From Oikopleura dioica (taxonomy: Eukaryota; Animalia; Chordata), in NCBI GenBank assembly GCA_907165135.1, contig OU015568.1, positions 3,410,001 to 3,474,000 of the forward strand: a stretch of 64,000 bases of DNA. Direction: 5' to 3'. This document shows, piece after piece, positions 1 to 10,767 of this stretch. Made by a program: the position numbers and the translations under genes. How positions within the stretch are numbered: position 1 is the stretch's first letter; the number at the start of each line of letters is the position of its first letter. The notes beneath the pieces are model-generated. The model made no database searches, was not told where the DNA came from, and was given only the letters and a program-made list of their open reading frames with translations.

Positions 1-1
1 A

Positions 2-130
2 ACGATAACACACATGGATAAAGAGCTTTACAATGAGACTGCAAAGCAATATGTCGACGGATTCCTGGAGCTGACAGAAAATCCCGAAAAATATGAGTTT
101 GAAACTCTGAGATCTTACGCAAATCTTTGA
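2..130 (+). CDS. 3' end of an unidentified gene (partial, runs off the window start)
   Basis: Open frame TITHMDKELYNETAKQYVDGFLELTENPEKYEFETLRSYANL* ending TGA at 128-130, followed by an AT-rich UTR-like stretch. No family recognised. Confidence 0.45.
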   Translation, partial: TITHMDKELYNETAKQYVDGFLELTENPEKYEFETLRSYANL

Positions 131-880
131 AATTATGTGCAACCTTTTATACCAAACACAACACAAACAAATAAATCTGACAATCAAAAATGAGAAGAAG
201 TTCTCACGAAAAGAACTGTATTTCCACGTTTTATTTTTCGTCAAAGGAGACTTGCGATGATCCGGAAAACGACAATTTTTTCTGCTGAACGGACTTACAA
301 ATAGTTATTTCCGCGGACAAGATGTTAAAATATCTACCGTATTAGTAATGAAACGGTATTACATAAATGCATAAGTACAAACATGATAATCCGGCATGTC
401 GGGCAGACTTGATGCATTCCACTGGAACAATTCCCCCGCTTCAAGCTGGACATGTTGAACCGTTGAGACCAAGTATTTTCGTTTTGAGTTCCGAAAAGTT
501 AACCGGAAAACGTTGGAGATGATCTTATTCGCAGGATTAGCTGCTGTAGACTTTTTTTCTATTTTAAAGAGTTCATGCCTGAAATGAGCGTATTTATTTC
601 TCTGAAGAATATAATTCCAATCTTTATTTTGATGGAGGGGATGAACGCTGATCCGGGTTAATTAATTGTGTTTATTTCTTCCGTACTTTCCGATTACAAA
701 GATCTCAAAGAGGGAATGCTTGTAGTATGTTTTTCACGTAAACATGGAGTTGCATCTTTAAGATGCTGCTCCGAACGGTTGCTTTTTCATTTTCGATTTT
801 TCAGCTTTTTGAATTTTGCAGGAAAAATAGAGAAACCATCAAAGTTGAGAGAAAGGTTTTGGTTATAAAAAAGAGAAGAA

Positions 881-1790
881 ATGAAGATATTCAATTTCTT
901 GTCGGCTTCAATTTCTGCCTCAATATACAGAAGTAAGTTTTTTCAACAATTTTTAATAAAGAAATCGCTATCATCGTATTCAGCTCGAGAAGAACCCCTC
1001 CCATCTCAAAAATCTGGCCAAGACTTCTCCCTCTTCGTTGAGTCACGTGACCAGTGCCCTGATACAGAAACGACCTTTTGCAAAGATGGAAGCTCGAGGG
1101 CTTGTGCGGAATGGAAGTGTGAAAATGGTGTTGCAGAATTTTCTAGTTGCACCGCTGTCGTTAAAGACTTTCTTGACTCAATGACTGAAGAATTTTACAG
1201 GAAGAGGTTTATCTAGCACGTTTAGTGTTTAATTAAAAAGTGTTAAGTGAAATTTTTTTTATGAGCCTTGATAAGAACGTGCAGTTGCCACACGAATGTA
1301 GGACCATTCAATGTCTTTACCGGGTGTAAGTGGAAAGAGCAAGATAGTCTTTCAACATCGACAACGACATCAACAACCCTTTCAACCACAACATCGACGA
1401 CTTCAACAATAGCATCAGATACGACGACGAAAACATCGTCAATAGAAGCAGAAAGAATGCTCTTTGACATTGAGCTCCTTGGGAGTCATAAAAAAATGAG
1501 GAAGAGCTTGAAGAATTGGAATATGAAGAAGAACAGGAATATGATGAATATGAAGAAGAATATGCAAATGCTCTATTGAATCGTCCTCGAGCCTATCCGA
1601 TCTCGAGCATACGAAAGCAAAGAAAATTGGGAGGAGGAATGGGTAAGACAATCACAAGAGAAGGTAAAATTTCAACTCGAATTCTAAGATGATAACCAAT
1701 TTTTTTTTAGACGGGAAATATATTCATGCTTTCGAAATGATGCAGAGCATACAGCGGATGATGTTCGAAGAAGGCCTCTTTTCAATTTAG
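881..1790 (+). CDS. Putative secreted Cys-rich protein with Thr-rich and acidic segments (multi-exon)
   Basis: ORF 881-1216 has a hydrophobic start and Cys module (CPDTETTFC...CAEWKC...SSC). ORF 1268-1579 has CSC...GCKW and a poly-Thr/Ser stalk. An acidic EEELEELEYEEE exon follows, and a phase-1 GT-AG intron joins a last exon DGKYIHAFEMM...GLFSI* ending at 1790. Confidence 0.45.
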
Positions 1791-2152
1791 GCTTGAAAAT
1801 TGAACTGCAACTATTTATTTCATCTCCTGCATGTAAATTTTGCTTATAGTCTAATAAAATAACAGTGGTTTACAGTCGGTACACTTAACCATGATACCAG
1901 ACTGATATGATCTCCAACAAGCAATTTTATTAACCGTTTTACACAACCAGAGGATAATAAACAGAAAGAGTAGTAGAACATTCGAACTCATAAAAATAAA
2001 AAAGAAGTATTTTCCGATAAAAGGAGGTGAAGAACTTTTAAGTTTTTTTTCTATCGTTTTTTCGTCGCTGATTTCAGTTCAGTCGAATCCAAACTTTTGC
2101 GAAGTATTTTGAACTAGAAAGAGGTTTAAAGAAATGGGCGGATACAATCATG

Positions 2153-4962
2153 CTACCGGTAGTTTATGACTGTAGCATCTTCATCCACGCATCGCTGAGA
2201 TTGAAGCTCGATTTTGTCATTTTTGATTCTTGCTCTCGATGCGGCGGTTTCATTCAACTGCTCATATTGAAGAATCGCCAGCTGACTTGGTATCTTCTCC
2301 GAGTTGCTACCTCGGCAGGCGGCAGAGAGAAACTGTTGCTTCATTTCCTGGTTCTCGAGTTTGAGAGAATCAATCGACCAGATCATCCAGTCGCCTTCGA
2401 TCTTCCATTTCCCAACTAAAATCTCTCTGTTAGAGGACATAGTAGAGAAATTTGAAACCTGTGTTAGAAATGAACCAAGTGTCGGTAGAATATCTCGCGC
2501 AGTTGGTAGGCATTGGCAGATGAATGGTCACATTTTTAAGCGATGCTTGAACCTCGTCAAAATGCATCGAGCAGGCGATTGAGAAGTTCTTTGGACTCAA
2601 TGTGTAATCGACTTTCAGCGAGACTAGTTATAGTTATGAGCGATTTGTGGATCAATTGATGCTTACTTGGAAGGTTAAATGAGTCGACAGCAGTGTTAAA
2701 ACGTAAAATCTCCATGCGAGCGGTATTAACAGGGCATATTTTGATAGTGCGGGTTTCTTCGTAGCTGTATTTTTCGTCTTCTGGAGGTATCGCAAGAGGA
2801 TGAATCCTTCGATAAAATGTCAAGAAAGAAAGCCAACAAAAAAGATAAACTAACCTAAGATTGAAAGGATTAATTTCGGTCTCTTCCAGCTCGTTGCTGT
2901 CCTCATTGATTGAGTGTTGATTCAATTCGAAGGTAGCAGAGTCGACAGAAAATGCGAGAACCTCGATCGCAGTTTCTAGGGAGGAGTTGGGAGCGCAAAT
3001 TTCCATATCTTCGTTGATTTCGCAGCTGATTTCATCGAAAACATCAACGATTAGGCGACAAACTGGGCTTGCAAGGATTTCGACGTCTTCGGACGCCTAG
3101 AAAACTGATAAGGAAGGAAATGAAGGGATATTTTACCAGTTCGGAGGATTTGATAGTTTTTGATAAAAGCGAAGCGAAAGAGTGGGCAACGATGTAGTCT
3201 TTCAAGCCAACTTTTAGAATTTGATTGACCTTGGTCGCGTATTTTTCGTACACAGCAGTTGAGGATTCAAAATCAGAATAATTCTTCGCTGAACCGATTC
3301 CAACTAGTTTCTTTGCCTTGTAAAATGTCCTAAATTCTCTGTAAGAAAAGAAACATAAAGAATTTTTACCGAAGAAGCTTGACAACGTAAATGGGCATCG
3401 AGGTATCCTGACTTTGCTCGACTTGAATGGCACTGACGTTTTGATTCGCGTGGATGTCGATTTCTTCCAACAATCGTCCATCATCAGAAAATATCAAAAC
3501 AGTTTTGTCAGGGATGGAAATTTGAACAGGAACCCACTGTCGAGCCTTTATTCTCGGTTTTCTCGATCGTTTCAACTAAAAATTTGAAATCTTGATTGAG
3601 TTTGATTCTTTCATAGATACTCTACCTTGACAAAGCCGCTGAAACTAGTCGTTCGCGCCTGATCCATAAGCACATCGACATTCATTTCGTTTTCGTTGTC
3701 ATCAAGCGAGTTGAGCAAATAATCAACTCCGCAGTTTTCAGGTCCACTAGAATGAAGCGTGTCGTTAGTTGAACCCTTGGAGCAGGGAGTAGGTGTTCCT
3801 GGGCTGATTCTTTCCGCTGATCCGCCCATATGCGAGGAGCTGGATAAATGCGGAAGATGAAGACTCTTCGGTCTTGGCCTCACTGATGCGCAATTGGCGG
3901 AATTTACTTCCATCGGCACTTCTGGCTCGAACTGCGCTAGGTTGTTCGTCGAGCCGTACTCAGTTACAGTCTCTTCGTCGCCTTCTGTAGATAAAGGCTC
4001 TGTAGAAAGATCCAAGTCGGCGACTTCGAAGTCCGATCCATCGCTTGAAAATGCGTCTTGCGGCGCTTCGTCCTCTTCCTTTTCTGGCTGAGGAAAAACG
4101 TCAGATTCGGAAATCGAAAAATTTGCGAATCCACACGTTGATTTATTTGGAAGAAGAAGACTTGATCCGTCTTCGGATGTTTCTGAGCCTTCCTTTTCCA
4201 GATCGCTCCAGCCGTAGCTCATTGATTGATTCATCTTTTGCAAGTTCGAACTTTGCGATTTTGCCGATTCAGATAGGGACGATTCAAAAGTGACTGAAGT
4301 TGAGATAGGTCTACTCGTGATCGAGAAAGGGTTGTCAGTGTTTGATAGATTCACTGGAACGCGGTTGACTTCGTCGGCCGGGAAGATTTGCTCTCCAACA
4401 GAGATTTGACGGACAGGAGGGGCTTTTTTCTGGTTATTTTGGGCAAAAGCCGGTCGTTTTCGATCTTTTCTCGAGTTCTGCCGGCGGGAAAGAGAAGGTG
4501 GAGGGCCTGGGAGAACTGGAACGGGAGAATCTCGCGACGAGGTTGAAGAATGCTTGAGTTGGCGGGCAGGGATCGGCGGAGGAGGGTTATTCACTTCAAA
4601 AACAGGTAATTCGGGGTCATTCTCTTCAGCTGCTATTTCTTGGGCAAAACATTTTGGGTCTTCAAGAGGCGAATTGGAGCTCAATAAGGGTTCTTCGTAA
4701 GGAGAGTTGGCGAGCAAAGCAGGACATTGGAATCCACTAGTATCAACTCCAGATTCTTCCGTTGTTTCTTGTAAATTAGGTCCGGACGAAGGGAAGAGCT
4801 CGGGGAAATCGACGGCCGAGGTGGAATCATCGTCACAGTCGAGCTGGCCATAGCCGCGGCGCTTGAGGAATGGCCGGGAAGACGAGCTCTTCTTGTTGTT
4901 GGAATGTCTGAAGAAGACAGCGTTATCAAAGACGTCAGTTGCTGATCATAAATCTTTATCAT
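2153..4962 (-). CDS. STON2: Stonin (stoned B / STON2-like) endocytic adaptor
   Basis: Acidic Pro/Ser-rich N-terminus with an NPF motif (TDNPF). Stonin-homology segment (ARQWVPVQISIPD; QILKVGLKDYIVAHSF). Mu-homology domain motifs (CPVNTARMEILRFNT, ITSLAESRLHI, LVGKWKIEGDWMIWSIDSL...VINYR*). 5' end approximate. Confidence 0.8.
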
Positions 4963-5829
4963 TACGTGAAGAGAGATTTTCCTATTTTGGGTTCAATAAA
5001 ATTATTTTATACTGACATATTTGGTGTTTTGATTGATAAAGGCTTTTACTAAAAGTCATACCTATTGAAGGAGTAAAAACTACTCGTCTCTACTAACGGA
5101 TGCACTCTTTGCAAAAACATCAAATTCTCTGTAAAACTCAATCCAAAGTCCCAAAAGATAAGCTTTTTTGTTCTCTCTCTTTCTAGCAAACTGTTTAGTC
5201 TCTAACTCTGACAAACTCAATTTGAAAGACAAAGAAAATCGTGAGTTTCAAAGTTTCTACTGTTGACTTAAGAGTATCGAAGAGAATAAAATCGTTGAGC
5301 GTTTCGCCTTCCGCCGTAGCGCTCATGTGATCGTTAAAACCTCACCCAGGTTCTTTTGGGTCAAGTGAGAGTATCCAAATACTCAGAATAACACCGAAAT
5401 AAGAATAAAATCAGACGAGCGCGGGCGTTTTTGACCTATTTACGGAATGGGAACTTTTTTCGTGTAATTAATTTTTAAAAAAATTGTTGAGACTAACCTT
5501 GAGTGCGATCCACTATTGTTTCTTGTTCGTTTGAAGAAGGAATTTCTCGCTGAAACTTCCAAAGGAGCAGCTTCCATCGTAATTTCTTCGTCTTTTCTTT
5601 CTTCTAAAAATTTTCTTCAATAAATTTCGCGAGCAATTTTTCGAGAATCGAGATCAGCCCAGTCTATCCGATTTCCATTCATCGTCTGAAAAGAAGATGC
5701 CGCGTTTTACTAGCTTTTAAAACTGATCTATAAGCACGGATTTATTTAAATAAAATAAAGAAATAAAAAAATGAAGGCAGTTTTTTTTCAATTATGAAGA
5801 ACAAGAGCTTTCTATTAAGAATTCAATAC

Positions 5830-8800
5830 TCATCGTTTTTTGCTCCGTTTTGCTCTTAAATTTCCCTTCACAGGTCTTCGCTTTTCCTGTCTGAAAGTTA
5901 TACAAGTCTTGTCACAGTATTTGATCAAGAACTGCTCGTCAACTTGAATGTTTGCATCCACACAGTGGGATTCCAGCTCTCTCAATCCGATCACGTCATA
6001 AGTGATCACGCGCTTGTGAAGAAAGGGCAGCGAAGTAATCATTTTTGTCACTTGCTTCATTTTGTTCAATTCAGCTTGTTCCTCGCTGATCTCCTCAAAG
6101 GCCGACGCTGCTTGATTTCCGGACTCCTCATCGACCGAATTGTCTGAATGAATTTTTAAATAGCCTGTCAGGGTGCTTTTTATTCTAATAATGAGCTTTT
6201 ATGAGCTTATTCAAAAAGACACAAGAATGTACTCTAAAAAGCTTGATCTTTTCCCTGAACGATCAGTTCAGAGAGAAATTTACCTGAGCTCTGATCTCGA
6301 TCTTGCGTCATAAACTTCACTACTTTTCTATTTATCTTCTCTTTTGCAGGAAAAGTCACTCGCTGCCCGCTCTGCGGACCCATCTGATGAAGCTTTTGGT
6401 AGATAAATATTTCCTTCAATTTTCCAATCATCGCTGTCTTTGACAATTTTGATTTCATTCCGTACTTTTCGCATTCTTTGATCAACTCTTCTTTTGGCAT
6501 CTTTTGGTACTTCGCCGTCGCTTCTTCTAAGGCCTGTTTTTGAGCCGAGGAAGGGATGAAAACTGGGGCTTTTGGAGCTTCGGCTAGAGAAGAATTCAGG
6601 GACAGGGACTTTCTGAATAGAGATCGTGCCGGTTTTGTTTTTGAAGGTTGTTTCTTTGGCATTTCTTCGGGAGTTTTTTCAAGCTGCTTTTTCTGAAAAG
6701 ATTTGTTGAGCACAAATTCTATATTATAAATACCTTTGGCTTAACAGGAGTAGTAGGAGCAGAGTTCGGAAAGCTTTTGTCGAGAATATCACTCAATCCT
6801 AGGTCGAAAGCATCTTCGCCTCCTCCCAGTCTCTCCTGGCAAAATGAAATCTTCTCATTGAAGCCAGACAGCCGCGTGTGATCCAATTTCGGCGGATCAC
6901 TGAGATCGTGGGGATGAGCCATTGATGTCTCGCCGTCGTCGTCGCTCGAGAGAATAATCGGGAGCAAATCGGGCGATTTCCGAGACGTTCGTTTCGCAGG
7001 GGCTGGATTCTCCGAATTCGATGGTGCCATGGGATCCCAATGGAAGGAGCAGTTCTGCTGCGACTGGGAGTAGAAATCTGGCGCTTCGACGTTGAAACCT
7101 TGATTGTAATCGAACTCGTCATATTCTGGAACCGGCGGTGGGTCAAACTCACCGAAAACAGGCGAGTCGTCAGGAACAGATTGAGCTGCTTGAGGACTAG
7201 GAGGATCTATCTCAATAGAAAATGGAGCGGTTCCCCCAAAAGAAGGAGGAGAAGGGGCTGGGTTAGGACTTTCTTTCGGCAGTTCTTGGGAAGAATGATC
7301 ATCGAAAAGTGTGCCAGAATGACAGGAAGAGTTTACAAAAGAATCTTCGAGCTCGTTATTTTCTTCAACTTTCTCGATCGCTGGAGGTTTATCTGGAGTT
7401 TTACGGACTTTCGAAAGTGAAGGGTGCTTTTGAATCCATGGAGGGGTCTTTTCAATCTCTTCCTCTTCTTCCTGCTCTCCATCTTCTGTCAGATCCAACC
7501 CTAGCCCTGCGAATGATTCTTGAGGCTTTTCTAAAGATCTTCTTATTTCCCGATTGGTCTGAATAATCATCGACGGCTCCCCACTTTCGTCAAGAAAATG
7601 TGATTTATCTTGCTCATCCGCCTGTTTTTCGTCTTCAGAAGAAATAAGAATCGGAGAAGGGGAGTCTTTTCTTGTCTTTACTACGCCATCTTTCAGCTTG
7701 GCGAGGCGCGATTTTTCTGTATTCCTATCGAAAGTGATTATTGGCGAGATGAAATTTCCATTCATCATGAAGGAAGTTTCGGGCCTGTCTTGACTCTGCG
7801 TCTCGGGAATCTGCGATGTTGAACTAAAAACAAGGTTAAAAGGAAGGGCCAAAAAGAAGAAATTACTACCTGATGTTTGAAGAGTTGGACTTCTGGGCTG
7901 GGGTCGGCGGTCCATCTTTCAAATATGGGTAAGATGGGAAAGATGGGTGATGGGAAAGATGGGTAAGATGGGTAAACCCATCTTTCCATAACCCATCTTT
8001 TGATTCTGAAAGATGGGAAAGATGGGTCTCCCGAAAGATGGGTAAGATGGGTTCAAATGATGGGAAAGATGGGTTCGAATGATGGGTAAGATGGGTTTCA
8101 CTCAGTTTGAAGATCAGATTTCTATCTAGTTTTCTAAACCTGATGTACAGTAGTTTCTCAAAATAATTGAGCTGAGCTTAGTTAACCCCGGAACGCATGG
8201 CCATTTTTGCCAATTTCTGACCATTTTTTTACCGAATATTGTCGCGATTTGGGCATAAAGAGAATAAAAATCCGGGTTTATACCGGGTATATTATAACCG
8301 GACTCTAAGCTTTCCCTAACCCATCTTTTATTTGAAAGATGGGTCGCCGACCCCAGCTTCTGGGATGATGTGACAAATTTGGGCATGTGGCTTTGTGAAG
8401 GCAATGGCAGGTTGGTAAGCTGATTCTTTTCTGTTAATCTTTCCTGGGCTGGGGGAGATGGGGCTGCTTCTAGCGTTGATTCTTCACGCTCTTCATTGTT
8501 TTCTTGAAAGGTATTCTGAGACTGGGAGAAACGATCATGGGGCGAGTAAATCGCATCGTGAAGATTTTTCAGTTCCCCGAATGTTAGTCGCTTCGTATCA
8601 GCACTCTTCAGCTGTGGACAACGGACTTGAATCCAAAACGAGTGAAATCGAATCTTTTTCCCGCACTTTGAATATTTCACTAGGTCGCCATTTCGGAGCG
8701 CATCTTCTTTGAGCTCAAGAATGGTTTCTTCTACGGGGCGGATTTGAAATTCCGTTTGGGTCTCCTCCAGTTGGCGTTGAATAACCGAGCTCGCTGTTGT

Positions 8801-10325
8801 TGGAGGATCCTCGTCCTCTTCATTCTTGTCTCTTGAATTTTTTCTATCGGGCGATTTCCAGCCGCCAAGAGGTCGAGCAGCGAGAGATGAAGATGGAATG
8901 CTGGAAATGATGGTCTTTTCATGATGCTTCTTTGCGATTTTCGAACTGTTTCCGAGAACTTCTGAAGACTTTCGTTTCTTGACAGCTTTTCTAGCTTCGT
9001 TTTTCGTCAGATTGCGCGGTTTGAGAGGACTTCTAACTGAAGGCAGAGGACGATCCCGTGTTCTCGTTATAATTGGAGATTCTTCGATTTCGTCGATGTT
9101 TTCGGTTGAAAAATCTTGGATATTCGATTCTAGGGGATTATCTGGAATCGACCCATCGGAAAAATCATCAGGAAGGGGAGGTAATTCTGGCGATGGAAGA
9201 CGAACATCATTGTTCTCTTGAATAATCGGCTCCGGAATTTGATTGTCCGGAAGATTAGAATTTTCGGGAAGAGGTAGATCTGGAGATTGTTCGTTTTCTG
9301 TTGGAAAAACTTCTTCATCGATATTTGCAAGATTTTCTTCGTCGCAGAAGTTCTCCTGATTTTCTTGATCATCATCGACCTTCATGTATTCCGGCGATTG
9401 CTCCATTGATTTTTTAAAAACCCTTATTTTCGCGAAACCTTTGAATATGTCATTATTCACCACCAAATTCGGATTTTCAAAGGTTTCAAGAGAATAGTCC
9501 GTTTCATCCCCACTTTCGCCACTTTTTCTTTTCGGCGATGAAATCAGCGCAAATTGGTGTTTCTTTATCGTAATTTCTTTCTTTGCTTGTTTTTGCGCTT
9601 CTTTCGATGAACAGGGAATTTCTGAACTTTCCTCATCCTCTTTGGTCTCGCTGAGGTCGACAAAATATGGGGAAGGAATGGGTGGTTCTTTTGATTTACG
9701 GGCTCGTTTTCGAGTTGGAGTTTTTGACTTTTTCTTTGTCGGTTTCTTAGTTTCTTTCTTTGGAACTTCTAGTTGCATGTCTTCTTCATCGGATGTGTAG
9801 TTTCGCTCGTTTGCCACAAGGTCGAAGGTTTGCGTATCGCTCATCTAAAAAGGGGATGAAATGGAGCGCCTTATGGGCCATAAGTTATGGCTCAATTACT
9901 TTTGCTTTATTCGTGCACTTCATGATATGTGCCTGTCTTTGCTCCAGTGATCCTCTGATATCTTTTCTGCAGATGTGACATTGTCTACTCGTTGAGGCTT
10001 CTTTTTCATTATTCTCTGATGCTCGTTTTTTCTTCCTATCAGACAGTTTCTTTGTCAATTTCGTCGGAGAGGGTTCTGGCGTCTTTTCACGACTGGAATT
10101 CAACTGAGGATTCGGGGAATTTGAAGATAAGTTGATGCTACTGTCAGGCGGTAGATGGATTGATTGAAGGGATGACTGCGTCTTACTGTAAATTTGAAAG
10201 TGATTTCTGTATAAAAAAAGGCTTGAAACTCACCCAATGCAGCCAAATTCATGCTCATCCTGCTCCTTGACCGATCGAACGTCTAATTTTCTATTGCAAA
10301 ACTGGCAAAATCGCACCATTTCATC
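5830..10325 (-). CDS. SLX4: SLX4 structure-specific endonuclease scaffold (FANCP), interrupted by a MITE in a coding exon
   Basis: Two UBZ-like fingers (CQFCNRKL...HEFGC; CHICRKDI...AHIMKC), a compact BTB-like segment (GDLVKYSKCGKKIRFHSFWIQVRCPQL), SIM-like motifs (ILISSEDE, IILSSDDD), SAP (KEELIKECEKYGMKSKLSKTAMIGKLKEIFIYQ) and C-terminal SLX1-binding domain (LHKRVITYDVI...YCDKTCITFR). Order matches known SLX4 architecture. Start approximate. Confidence 0.9.
7898..8356. mobile_element. hAT-like MITE, 459 bp, inserted in an SLX4 coding exon
   Basis: 28-bp TIR CTGGGGTCGGCG(GT/AC)CCATCTTTCAAATA. Exact 8-bp TSD CTTCTGGG at 7890-7897 and 8357-8364. Subterminal AGATGGG/CCCATCT repeats. No transposase ORF. 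Confidence 0.93.
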
Positions 10326-10767
10326 GATTTTTCTCTTTTTCACATTCTTTCTATCATTTATGACCGTTTCTCTAAAAAACCCGTTCTAGAGACAAAATAT
10401 CATCGCCTCCGAAAAAAGTTCATTTTGAATGATTCATCCTGGGAGTCTCGGAGAAAAAGTGGAGACGGCGCGCTGGGAAAATCGATTTGGAGGACTTTTT
10501 TGCTGGAAGACGGAGGTGTTGCTGGAAGAAAAGTTTTTTTGATACTGTATTTATTTTTCGATTGTACAGATGGGCAATATTCACAGTTTATATAGAAAAA
10601 GTCTACTATTGGTATTGAACTATTGGAGAATAAGGAAGAAGTCGAAATACTGGAAGATTCTACCGCTAAACTCGTTTAACGAGTTAGCAGCATAACTTAT
10701 GCTGCTAAATAACTGTATGTTGGCTTTTGTTCGGATCGACAACTGCAATTAAAAATGGTTTTGCTTA

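Noticed and set aside
5040-5700. Possible small genes between SLX4 and stonin (ATG at 5326 and 5681)
   Set aside because: Short open segments exist, but I could not build a consistent exon model without implausibly short introns.
8126-8356. C-terminal ~75 aa of the 572-aa ORF 8126-9844 and ORFs 7919-8101 / 7765-7989
   Set aside because: Read-through into the MITE and its AGATGGG repeats; not real SLX4 sequence.
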